Positions 46,303 through 55,770 of a stretch of DNA of 64,000 nucleotides are shown piece by piece. A model generated the notes under the pieces. It saw nothing but the letters and a program-made list of their open reading frames with translations, made no database searches and had not been told where the DNA came from. The position numbers were made by a program, and so were the translations under genes. Numbering within the stretch: position 1 is the first letter of the stretch; the number at the start of each line of letters is the position of its first letter. The stretch is from a virus (taxonomy: Duplodnaviria; Caudoviricetes): positions 96,001-160,000 of the IMG/VR virus record IMGVR_UViG_3300009031_000221. The stretch is one strand, 5' to 3'.

Positions 46303-46923
46303 TCAGCCCTCCAATCCGATTTCATCGGTCTCAGGTTCCGAGTAATCTGAGTGCCCTATGATGTCACAGGGCTTGATCAAGAACAGGCACTCAGGGCAAG
46401 CTAGAAGCCGAACGTTTGCCCCGCCCTCTCGTTTGTACGAAGCAGGGCGCAGAAAAACAGTCTTGCAACGAGGGCAATTGAAATTGCCGCTATCGACTTC
46501 TTCCTGTGTTGCCTTGTGCTTCCGATCACGGGCTGCCCAGTACATCGCCTGTTTGACGAATGCCTGGGCAACCCGGTCGGAAGAACCTCTTTTAGGAAGC
46601 GGAGCTTGTGGGTAGGGGTCATTAGGCCCGCCATCTACAGGAACCGTTCCCGCACCACCAGGAATATTGTCATGGCCCATATTGGAAGGATTGTAATCGC
46701 CTGCTTGGTTGAAGTACTGCTGTACATCCTCAACAGGAACTCGTTCCGATCCATGGGGCCACTCAACATCAATCATGCCAATTGCGGGATAGACAGCCAT
46801 TACACGGCCGTTCAACCCTTCATTCCCGAGAACAAATGGATATACGATATCGCCAACAGCAAACTCGGAAGCCCGCTGCTGGTAATCGACGTACGCCGCT
46901 ATTTTGTTCCGTGAATTGGTCAT
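46303..46923 (-). CDS. Head-associated protein (SH3-like barrel + C-terminal Zn ribbon)
   Basis: FAVGDIVY...GRVMAV...IDVEW; CPRC...CPEC; RVAQAFVKQA motif. Confidence 0.65.
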   Translation of the reverse strand: MTNSRNKIAAYVDYQQRASEFAVGDIVYPFVLGNEGLNGRVMAVYPAIGMIDVEWPHGSERVPVEDVQQYFNQAGDYNPSNMGHDNIPGGAGTVPVDGGPNDPYPQAPLPKRGSSDRVAQAFVKQAMYWAARDRKHKATQEEVDSGNFNCPRCKTVFLRPASYKREGGANVRLLACPECLFLIKPCDIIGHSDYSEPETDEIGLEG

Positions 46924-46938
46924 GTATAATTGCCTCAA

Positions 46939-47844
46939 TTAAGCCAACAGATCAAATCCGTGGGCCTTCTTGCCGCCTTCCTTGGCATCTTCCTTCTTCT
47001 TATCTACGTTCTTCTGGAACTGCGGAGGAACAACACCCTTCTTCGGGGGTTCTGCCTTGGGCTTGTCCTCGCCCTTATCCTCTTCACCCTTATCCTCGCC
47101 CTTGTCATCTTCCTTGCCCTTGAGGAAATCCGGCTTCTCGTCCTCGGACTTCTTTGCCACGATCTTGTTGGCAAGGGCTACCATCGAAGCAACCTTCGTT
47201 ACATCGTTGACATTGGCAAGGTGTGGCAGAATCGTAGCTACAGCCTTCAAGGTGCGATCAGCCTGATCCAAGCTAACGGTTCCCGTCTGCACGCCCATCT
47301 GCACGTCCATGACGCTATGTGCCAACTTGGCGACGGCCATCGGCAGATTGCCCTTGCCGCCCAAGTGTGCTACTGCGTTCTGAAGACGGCCACATGCCGT
47401 TGCAAGACGGGCATCAACTGCCTTCTTGCCAACTGCTGCATACTCGGCCTGCTTACCAACCTGAGGAGTCTGCTCCTCGAGGTTTGTCGTCATGCCAAGG
47501 TCTCCGTCCTGAACACGCTCGCGAAGCTCGCGATGCTCCTGCTGCGTAAATTCTGCCTTCATGTAGGGCTCGTCACTGTCACCCTCCAAAGGTCCGCCAT
47601 CCTCTTCACCGATGGTCTCTGGATCAAAACCTTGCTCTTGGTTCACATCCAATTCGGTAAGTGCCTTGCGATCCAATCCAGCCTGACGCTCTACAGCATC
47701 ACTGATTAGGTCACAACGATAAGCGAAGTCCATTGCGATTCGTTCCGGAACCCCAAGGGTGGTGAACTCTTCCTGCATAAGACTCGCGATACGGTCGAGG
47801 GCTGCCGTGACGGTCCTTGCGCCCTTTTTGGTCATATTTGCCAT
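46939..47844 (-). CDS. Head-associated protein
   Basis: AGGAG RBS, late-type promoter, KQA motif, acidic/basic tail. Confidence 0.7.
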   Translation of the reverse strand: MANMTKKGARTVTAALDRIASLMQEEFTTLGVPERIAMDFAYRCDLISDAVERQAGLDRKALTELDVNQEQGFDPETIGEEDGGPLEGDSDEPYMKAEFTQQEHRELRERVQDGDLGMTTNLEEQTPQVGKQAEYAAVGKKAVDARLATACGRLQNAVAHLGGKGNLPMAVAKLAHSVMDVQMGVQTGTVSLDQADRTLKAVATILPHLANVNDVTKVASMVALANKIVAKKSEDEKPDFLKGKEDDKGEDKGEEDKGEDKPKAEPPKKGVVPPQFQKNVDKKKEDAKEGGKKAHGFDLLA

Positions 47845-47918
47845 TTGATTGCTCCTGCGATATTGGCTAGGCCGACACGTCTGGGCGCAACAAGGCCCCA
47901 CGCTCTCTATGCCTGCAT

Positions 47919-47933
47919 TATAAGGACACTATC
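47919..47933 (-). promoter_or_regulatory. Putative late promoter GATAG-tgtc-CTTATA
   Basis: Recurring motif; upstream of 47844. Confidence 0.55.
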
Positions 47934-47970
47934 GAGGGAGATTATGGGGGTTAGCCATTATTTCCCTATT

Positions 47971-50900
47971 TCACCTCTGTTGTCTCATCCAGGTCATTCG
48001 TACTCGACCTTGATATTGTGAGGTTTTACCTGGAGAAGACCCTGAGGAATCTGCACCCCCCATTATCGCCCCCATACTCTCCATAAACTCATCTGGAGTC
48101 ATGTCCTTCATGCGCTCCCGAGTTTCTGGCTTTGCGTGCTCAAGAAAGTCCCTCATCAACTCGGCGGGGGATTTATCCTTGATTTTGTCTTTGTTGGCAG
48201 CGTGGAATTCCTCAATAGCGGATTTGTCTGCCGGGTGTACCTTCGGTATGGCAGGAGGCTCATCATCTTCAGGTGCTTCCTCAGGTTCTGCCTTCACGTA
48301 CTTCTTATCCAGTTCCCCAACATCCCCGGTTTCAATAACACGCCGCATCTGTACTACCGATGGGTCATCATCCGGTGGATCCCAACCTTCTGCTTTCATC
48401 GCTTCCATCTGGGCTTTCAGATATGCTACACGGGCTATTGGCCCCTTTGTATCCTTGCACGCCTGCATAGCGGCAACGTCACTTCCTGAATCCCTTAGGC
48501 ACTTCGTCATCTCATCGGCAGCCTTGATATATTCAGGGGAACTAGATGCCTTGTCATGAACACGGGCGTTCAATGCTTCCATCTCTTTGGGGCTAATCTT
48601 CTTGCGAGCCTTGGCACCGGATTCGGGCTTCGCTTCTTCACCCTTGTCCTCACCCTCTCCCCCTTCCGATATATCAAATCCGGCTTGTAGGGACGCATGA
48701 CTGGTAGTCATATTGTCAACAGCCATGTCGTTGAGGAAATTCTTGAGGACTTCCTTTGCTTCCTTGGACACGTCCCCACTATTGAGTGCCCGAAACATCG
48801 GATCTTCCTTGGCGAACCCGTGTACAACAGCGATGTCCTTATCCTTCATTGAATCAAGGGCTTTCCTAATGCGTTCTCGTGAATCTGGGCTATAAAAGTT
48901 GTCAGGACTGCCCAACAATAAATCGGCTGAACCCTTGTCTATCATAGCCTTGGCTAATGCTACGTACTGCCGGGAAGGGCTAGGCTGTAGGGGTTTCCCA
49001 TCAACCATAATGGGTTTATCCCCATTGGCAATTGCCGCTAGATTCAATCCACTTAGGACACTTTTCAATTCCGAATGTAGAGGGGAACCCGGTTTGGCCT
49101 TGGCTATCTCCGCTACAACATGCTGTGTTGCCGCATCCCGTTCCTTTGAATCTATATCACCACTCATGTATTGCTTGTATGCAGTGGTAGCACGGGCATT
49201 CAACTGATCTGGACTCTTCGGTTCATTATTCGCATCCTGTCCCCCAATGTTCACGGGACCAGAACGAACTACGGGAGGCTTCTTATCTTTGGGGGCCTTT
49301 TCCGCCGGCGTTGCTGGAGGCGTAGCCGCAGGAGGCGTTGGCGCCGCTGGCGCTGCCGCAGGAGGCGTTGGCGCTGCCGCAGGAGGCGTTGGCGCCGCTG
49401 GCGCTGCTGCAGGCGGGGCGGGAACCTCAGGGGCGGGAGTTGCCGCCGGTGCTTCTGTAGATCCTGGCGCCTTCGCAAGATCCCGGATGCCGGAAAGGGA
49501 ATCGTTGCGAAGTTTTTCAGCCGCATCCATCATAGTTTGTGATTCAGCCTTCGCCTTGTCACTCTTAGAGTTTTCCATTGCCTTAGATGCGAGCCGCAAA
49601 TCCGTAGTAGATTTGTTGAAATCCTTTACGGCTTTATCCAATGCGGGCTTATGCTTAGCGAGTTCGGGATCGGACTCATACATAGCATCAAGATCCTTCA
49701 TGATGCCCCGTATATTCTTGCTATTCCCTTCCTCTAAAGCCTTTGCCAAATTGTCAATATGCTCCCCATGCTTCTTAGCAGGATCCTCTGTGGGTGCCTT
49801 CGCACCGCCCTCGCCTTTGTCCTCGCCGGTACCCTCAGCAGTCTCACCCTTGGCATAAGCCTCTGCCTGTTCCTTTTCCTCAAATGTCTCCCGGTCACCA
49901 TCGGGGTTCTTAGCAGCCCAACCTTTATCGGTTTGCCACACTTCCCCAGGTTTATGTTCAGGTTCATCAGTCTTGGGCGTATCAGGGCCTTCTGGACCCT
50001 TTGGACCTTCTGGCCCCTTTGGACCTGTGGGTCCAGGAGGTGCTGGGGGCACTGCAGACCCTTTACTCAACACCCACTGATATGCTACACGCTTGTAATT
50101 CAAAGATAGATCAGGATCATCCTCAGCCCCACCATCAGCTACGGATGGTTTATCCGGGTCTACTCGGTGATTCCGAAGATCCTGACGTGGGGGCTTCGAC
50201 TTTGGGGCGGGACGGATATTGGCATTCGCCGCATCATCCTCCCTCTCCGCATGCGTCTTGGTAGCTACACGTGCCATCCCCGTTGCAGGATCCAGTGATT
50301 CTAAGCACTGATCACATACACCCGTCACAGACAATCGATCCGAATGCAACCACTTAGGGCATCGGCACTGAATCACATTCCCACAGTAATGACATTCCAA
50401 TCGGAAATGGCCAATACCCGACGCATGAATAGCCTTCAGCGTATGCCCTTTACGAATGAATTGAGCCAACAAGGCCCTGTTAATATCAAATGCGGCTTTG
50501 GAGAAACCCTTCTTTTCAAAGGACTCCGATACATTTCCATCCTTGAGGTATTCATCCTCAAGCCCCGGCACAAGATATTGGCTTCGCAACGTGGCAGATT
50601 CGTGTCCTACAGCTTCAGCCGTTTCATCCAATGCCGTCTTAAACTCACCCTTGAGTTTCTTTTCACGTTCCTTCTTATCGGTTGGGAGCTTTCCCCCCTT
50701 GGAACGGACGGCCTTGAGGCGTTCCTGCATTTCCGTATTAGCGTGAAACCCTCGAATGTCCTTGGCGGATATATCGAAAGGCTTCAGGTAAACGTTCACA
50801 TCCTCCGCAGTGATACGGCAATCCTCACCCTCACATAGTGGGGAGTCCTCGCCCTTACCCTTCGTGGCATCCTTCAAGGCTTTGACTAATACTGCGTCTT

Positions 50901-53367
50901 TCACTTCCTTAACATGATCCACACCCGACTTGCCAACATACTTAACGGTTGCCTTGCCCCCAGAAAACGTAACATGCTTCTTACGCCAACCGGTAACCCC
51001 GAAATGCCCTTCCTTGGCGGATTCATCATTGCCAACACGCTCGAAGGTTTCATCCATCAACCCGACAGCCAATGCCGTGTACCGAATCTTTTCATCATCA
51101 GACTTCAGGTCTTTGCGATACTGCGCCCGTAGTTTATCGATATGCCCTCGGAGCTTTTCAATTTGCCCCGCCTTGTCCTTGTTACGATCCGCAATCTGAC
51201 GGTCACTATACTCATAGACGATCATATCTTCGCCGTCTTTGGTCTTGACCTTCTTCTTGTCCTGGTATTTGGCAGCTACTCGACGTGCAGCCATCAATCG
51301 AATGTATTCCGGAGTGTGCCCCACCAAACCTTCCTTACCATCAGCTAATAGCTCAATATCCCCCGCAATTGGGGGCTTTGGGGGTGCCTTGTCTTCCCGA
51401 ATCTTGAATAGGTTGACAACTTGTTTCTTTCCGGTAGGAGTTTCGATTAGAACTGTTGGGTCGCCCTTCTCGCTAACCCCGAAGTCCCTGATTAGCCCAT
51501 GCTTATTCTTGTATTTTCCGAACAGAACAGGATCCCCTTCGTTGACATTGAATACTTTTGCGATATGCACAGGCTGTTCCATGTATCGATTCGCAACTCG
51601 AACTTCTATGGACAATGCAGTCTTCCCCCTACGAGCCATCTCCACATGAATTCGGTTTTCCCACCTTGAAGCGGAAGTAGCCAGTACGGGGTCATCAAGC
51701 AATACCGTCCGTGCGGTATCCATTAATGTACGAATCTCCGCACCCTTGAGTTCGTATTTACGAATCTGTCCGGGCATATCGATAACTTTGCCCGGTTGCT
51801 CCAGGACATCTACAAATGCCTCGCCCTCTTCAGCACCCATCTGAACCGTGATTTCCCGAACGCGATCCTTCTGGGCGGGTGTCAAGAACCCCAAGCGCCT
51901 GCCCACGGGCATACCCAAATCCATCAAGTCAAACAGGAATGCCAAATCCCCCTTTCGTTCCGCCCAGTTTGCCAATGCCTCACGGAAGGGTTTATCCGAC
52001 TGTGCAATGGACTTGACAACATCCAGCAATCCTAGTTTGTCCATTTCCAACAATGCACGTTTGCCAACCCCTGTTTCATAGAACAAGGTGATGATCATAT
52101 TAGACAAATGCCCGCCAGGAATATTGCGGAGCTTGTCCTTGTTCTTCTTGATGGATGCTTCAACCTCGGGATCGATCTTGAATCCATATTTCAACAGGAA
52201 CTTGATAGCCCGAATCATCCGGCTGGGGTCATCCGAGAATGTCTGGTCGGGGCTAGAAGGGCAACGCATTACCCCTTCCTGAAGATCCTTCAGGCCACAA
52301 CCCGTCAAGTCCAGGATTTCCGCTTTATCCGGCCCATCCGCCAAGTCATGCATTCTCCACAATAGAGTGTTGAATGTGAATTCACGACGAAATGTGTCAT
52401 CCTTGATATTGGCTGGGGCGACTGCATCAGGCTTATAGCCTCCCGCATAGGATTCAGTACGGGCATTTGCAATCTCAATGACCTCACCCGATAGATTCTG
52501 TCCCCCGACTTCCCAATCACCTTTGATGGTGAGGATTGCCACCCCATAGTTATTGGTTGTCAAGTTCGTGTCAGTTGGGATTGCCCGCTGCAACTGCTTG
52601 GCAAACCATTCCGAATCCTTACCCTTTAGTGCTACCGAATCAATGACGACATCGATGTCCTTGATAGGTTCCTTGATGATGAAATTACGTACAGCCCCAC
52701 CAACAACGTAGACATGCTTGGATACGCCCAGCTTTGTAGCCACGTTGGACAGGAACTTCATTAGTTCTACAGATACCTGATGTTGCATGGCGTCTACAAT
52801 ACGGGAGGCCATTCGGGTAGGATTCCCAAATTCCACTACATGAACCTTGGGCAAACCCCATATCTCGATGCCATCGAACGTCCAATCCCCCTGCGGAAGG
52901 ATCCCATCAAATTCGGTTTCCAGGCCGTCTAGGTATGCCAAGGTGACGTGCGGGGAGTAGACCAGGGGAAAGTAGTCATCTACATCAAATCCGGCGCCCA
53001 TGAGGGCATCCCGGAGTTTCCACCGCAATGCAGCCAAGTCATGGCTGTACCGAACTCGCATAATCGCGACTCGCCGTTCCTTGTCGGGTTGTGCAAAATA
53101 GTCTGGCCCATATACATGGGCTTTCACACCACCCCGAATTTCAGCCAATACACGAGATGAAATATCCAGGAATTCGGATTCCCGTTCCTTGGATACGGTG
53201 CCTACATACAGGAATGTTGTATGTGGGACGGATTGATCCTCGGACCCAAGATCAGGAAACTGATCCCCCAATTCTTTGGATAGAGGGATGAAGAACCCTA
53301 CACCTGTGCCGTCACCGGTTTTCTTACCGTCAGACGCACCCGCGTATTTATTCCAAGCTGTGATCAC
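47971..53367 (-). CDS. Multi-enzyme polyprotein: 2H phosphoesterase + class II tRNA nucleotidyltransferase/poly(A) polymerase + KOW/SH3 + DNA topoisomerase IB + Zn finger + low-complexity tail
   Basis: PHTT/PHVT (two HxT motifs); VVGGAVRN..KDIDVV..RREFTFN..DDPSRMIRAIKF; ERVGN..YVGKSG..KDIR..VGH..SQY (the five TopIB catalytic residues). Confidence 0.9.
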   Translation of the reverse strand: MITAWNKYAGASDGKKTGDGTGVGFFIPLSKELGDQFPDLGSEDQSVPHTTFLYVGTVSKERESEFLDISSRVLAEIRGGVKAHVYGPDYFAQPDKERRVAIMRVRYSHDLAALRWKLRDALMGAGFDVDDYFPLVYSPHVTLAYLDGLETEFDGILPQGDWTFDGIEIWGLPKVHVVEFGNPTRMASRIVDAMQHQVSVELMKFLSNVATKLGVSKHVYVVGGAVRNFIIKEPIKDIDVVIDSVALKGKDSEWFAKQLQRAIPTDTNLTTNNYGVAILTIKGDWEVGGQNLSGEVIEIANARTESYAGGYKPDAVAPANIKDDTFRREFTFNTLLWRMHDLADGPDKAEILDLTGCGLKDLQEGVMRCPSSPDQTFSDDPSRMIRAIKFLLKYGFKIDPEVEASIKKNKDKLRNIPGGHLSNMIITLFYETGVGKRALLEMDKLGLLDVVKSIAQSDKPFREALANWAERKGDLAFLFDLMDLGMPVGRRLGFLTPAQKDRVREITVQMGAEEGEAFVDVLEQPGKVIDMPGQIRKYELKGAEIRTLMDTARTVLLDDPVLATSASRWENRIHVEMARRGKTALSIEVRVANRYMEQPVHIAKVFNVNEGDPVLFGKYKNKHGLIRDFGVSEKGDPTVLIETPTGKKQVVNLFKIREDKAPPKPPIAGDIELLADGKEGLVGHTPEYIRLMAARRVAAKYQDKKKVKTKDGEDMIVYEYSDRQIADRNKDKAGQIEKLRGHIDKLRAQYRKDLKSDDEKIRYTALAVGLMDETFERVGNDESAKEGHFGVTGWRKKHVTFSGGKATVKYVGKSGVDHVKEVKDAVLVKALKDATKGKGEDSPLCEGEDCRITAEDVNVYLKPFDISAKDIRGFHANTEMQERLKAVRSKGGKLPTDKKEREKKLKGEFKTALDETAEAVGHESATLRSQYLVPGLEDEYLKDGNVSESFEKKGFSKAAFDINRALLAQFIRKGHTLKAIHASGIGHFRLECHYCGNVIQCRCPKWLHSDRLSVTGVCDQCLESLDPATGMARVATKTHAEREDDAANANIRPAPKSKPPRQDLRNHRVDPDKPSVADGGAEDDPDLSLNYKRVAYQWVLSKGSAVPPAPPGPTGPKGPEGPKGPEGPDTPKTDEPEHKPGEVWQTDKGWAAKNPDGDRETFEEKEQAEAYAKGETAEGTGEDKGEGGAKAPTEDPAKKHGEHIDNLAKALEEGNSKNIRGIMKDLDAMYESDPELAKHKPALDKAVKDFNKSTTDLRLASKAMENSKSDKAKAESQTMMDAAEKLRNDSLSGIRDLAKAPGSTEAPAATPAPEVPAPPAAAPAAPTPPAAAPTPPAAAPAAPTPPAATPPATPAEKAPKDKKPPVVRSGPVNIGGQDANNEPKSPDQLNARATTAYKQYMSGDIDSKERDAATQHVVAEIAKAKPGSPLHSELKSVLSGLNLAAIANGDKPIMVDGKPLQPSPSRQYVALAKAMIDKGSADLLLGSPDNFYSPDSRERIRKALDSMKDKDIAVVHGFAKEDPMFRALNSGDVSKEAKEVLKNFLNDMAVDNMTTSHASLQAGFDISEGGEGEDKGEEAKPESGAKARKKISPKEMEALNARVHDKASSSPEYIKAADEMTKCLRDSGSDVAAMQACKDTKGPIARVAYLKAQMEAMKAEGWDPPDDDPSVVQMRRVIETGDVGELDKKYVKAEPEEAPEDDEPPAIPKVHPADKSAIEEFHAANKDKIKDKSPAELMRDFLEHAKPETRERMKDMTPDEFMESMGAIMGGADSSGSSPGKTSQYQGRVRMTWMRQQR

Positions 53368-53411
53368 AGGAGACCTCCCTAGGGGAGTCCAATAGACTTA
53401 GAACCGAAGTT

Positions 53412-55106
53412 CTAGAACCGTTCCGTGCCCTCGGCAGGCGGCTTCTTGTACTTCAGGCCCAAGTTCCCCGCGACCTTCTCTGTGATCTCGGTCGATTCAA
53501 CCAGAGCTTCACCAACACGGCTGTATGCCGCACGGACAACTTCATTCATCGAGGAGTCACTCAATGTAAACAAGTCGTTCTTCAACCCTTCGGCTGCCGT
53601 CACAGGATCGATGTTCAGCAGATCCAAAATGACATCGATTGGAATCGAACCCTTCTGGTACAGGCTGAATAGTGCATCATAGGTGTCCGCCGTATCCCGA
53701 AGCGCCAACCGTGTAAACGTCAGCTTCGGAACAATGACCTCAAGGATCCCATCTTCATCTTCTTCAACGAACCCCATGCGAGCGCACATTGGTTTGAAGA
53801 AGTATTCCTCAACTAGATCCTGCAGCATTTCGCGAAGTAGCATAAATCTAGTGTTGATAACCTCGAGGTGAATACGATCGCCGGAGTATGATGATTCACC
53901 GGATAGCAAACTCTCCGTCACACCTAGACCGGCATACAACTGCCTATCCGTCAAGTCATAAACCCATGACCAGTCAGGCAACCGTTGATCCGCACCCATT
54001 TCCTCCCAGTTGACCTGGAAGTTGGTGATGATCGAGTAATCAGGGTCTTGCAATGCAAGGTCAACCTGTTCACGCAAAGCGTCCGTCTGCTCATCAGACA
54101 TGTCCTCAGCATAGATCAATCGATAGGGCGTCATGTGACGCGACGCAATGCTAGTCAAAGACTGGCGAACCTTGTCCCGGAATACCAATGTCCGGAGGCA
54201 TCGCTGAAGGATGGACTTGCCACGCGGCTCATAAGGGCTCCGCTTGCGAGCCATGAAGTGACAGAAACTGCCTGCTTCGGGATCAGTATTCAGTGGGACA
54301 TTCCGCCCTTCAGCTACAGCCTCCACAATTTCAATCGGCATCGAGTTGGCAATACGCTGTGCTTGAGCATCCCCTTGACGGGCGCGCTCAATAATAGCCT
54401 TGGTCTTGGAGTCGGGCACTAGCTCAATGAGCTTCTCGTCCGTGAATGGGAATGACTCAACACGCACTTGCTCAGGGGGCAAGCATCGAATAGCTGTCCA
54501 ACCCTTGTAATTCTGATTGAGCCACTTGATCTCGCGTTCATCTGCATCCTCGAAGGGTTCCCAACGCTCGAGGAATTTCCCGTCAGCTGTGATTTCCCGA
54601 ATGGCTTGTTCCCGTACTTCACGGGGCATATCAGGATTGGTGTCCTCGATGAACAGCGCAACCTCACCAATCAGGTTCCACTCGTGAGTGACTTCCATGA
54701 GGCGACGTAGGAGCCCTACCTTCTTTGCCCACTTGGTGCAGAATCGCATTGACTTCTCAGCCAATTCCCGATTCCGTGCATCAGGCATGCCAACCCGAAC
54801 CTTGGACAACGGAAGCTCTGTGTGCAAGTCAATCGCCTGCCCAACAAAGGGTTCGTAGTCATAGAAGAATCGGTAGTAGTTATGTTGTTCGTCAACAGAC
54901 TGCGGTAGCTCGAGGAAGTCCGTCGATAGTTCAGGTGAGTAGAAATTACCGCCTGAACCAGCCTGGACACCGCCTGCCATCGGGAATGCGACTTTTGCCC
55001 GCATCGCTGTGGTGATGACTTTGCCGGGTTTGCCGACTGAAACACCAGGGCGTTGAGGGACAACCGCTACTTTGACGGTTTCATCAGGATTATTCTTGCG
55101 AGCCAT
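53412..55106 (-). CDS. Portal protein
   Basis: Downstream of TerL; FVGQAIDLHTELP...PPEQV...RGKSILQRCL...GVTESLLSG pattern of large-phage portals. Confidence 0.85.
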   Translation of the reverse strand: MARKNNPDETVKVAVVPQRPGVSVGKPGKVITTAMRAKVAFPMAGGVQAGSGGNFYSPELSTDFLELPQSVDEQHNYYRFFYDYEPFVGQAIDLHTELPLSKVRVGMPDARNRELAEKSMRFCTKWAKKVGLLRRLMEVTHEWNLIGEVALFIEDTNPDMPREVREQAIREITADGKFLERWEPFEDADEREIKWLNQNYKGWTAIRCLPPEQVRVESFPFTDEKLIELVPDSKTKAIIERARQGDAQAQRIANSMPIEIVEAVAEGRNVPLNTDPEAGSFCHFMARKRSPYEPRGKSILQRCLRTLVFRDKVRQSLTSIASRHMTPYRLIYAEDMSDEQTDALREQVDLALQDPDYSIITNFQVNWEEMGADQRLPDWSWVYDLTDRQLYAGLGVTESLLSGESSYSGDRIHLEVINTRFMLLREMLQDLVEEYFFKPMCARMGFVEEDEDGILEVIVPKLTFTRLALRDTADTYDALFSLYQKGSIPIDVILDLLNIDPVTAAEGLKNDLFTLSDSSMNEVVRAAYSRVGEALVESTEITEKVAGNLGLKYKKPPAEGTERF

Positions 55107-55524
55107 AAATGCCTCTTGCTGCAATCAGCTTCTTCTTAGCTTCATCGGCAGTTCGTTTTGCTTCCCGCGATGCACGGAATGCTTTCAATCGATCGGAGTC
55201 CGAATATTCGGAACCCACACGTTCATTCAAAGGAACCACAGGTCTAATAGATGCAATCCTACCTAGGCATTGATCAATGATCCCCTGCGTATCCTTAGCA
55301 CGGCGCAATCCCGATGATTCCGATCCATTACGGCGCCCTTCCGAAGCCATTTTCGAACATATATCCGCAGCGTGGCGAAGGGACTTTTCGGCATCCCGCA
55401 AATGCTTTCGCATTTCGATTTCTGCCAACCGAATCTGGTTCTCGTGTTGTTCCTGCTGCCTAGTCTGTTGATCAGCTTTCGCTTTATCTTGTGCTTCTTG
55501 ACGTGATGTCACTTTGCACCCCAT
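55090..55524 (-). CDS. Hypothetical coiled-coil protein
   Basis: Operon-packed between TerL and portal. Confidence 0.6.
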   Translation of the reverse strand: MGCKVTSRQEAQDKAKADQQTRQQEQHENQIRLAEIEMRKHLRDAEKSLRHAADICSKMASEGRRNGSESSGLRRAKDTQGIIDQCLGRIASIRPVVPLNERVGSEYSDSDRLKAFRASREAKRTADEAKKKLIAARGIYGSQE

Positions 55525-55769
55525 TCATAATGTTTGGTGAGCTTCCCAATATTGTTTGCTCTACGGACGATACGTTTGATCAAACCAATGTCATCAGGGG
55601 ATCCATTGAACAGCCTCTGCCAGGATCCGCCCGCCTTGGAAAACACACGGCTTATGAGGTTAAATTCCTCAGGCACGTCCTCTACCTTACCACCCAAAAG
55701 AGATGACATGACCCGTTTGATGAATCGATGATCTGCACGGACAGGGGATTGTGGATCGGGTGTTGCCAT
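55509..55769 (-). CDS. Hypothetical protein
   Basis: GAGGT RBS; starts just after the TerL stop. Confidence 0.6.
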   Translation of the reverse strand: MATPDPQSPVRADHRFIKRVMSSLLGGKVEDVPEEFNLISRVFSKAGGSWQRLFNGSPDDIGLIKRIVRRANNIGKLTKHYEWGAK

Positions 55770-55770
55770 G

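Noticed and set aside
49300-50050. Pro/Ala and PKGPEG repeats in the 1798-aa protein as a separate element
   Set aside because: These are ordinary low-complexity linker expansions within the ORF.
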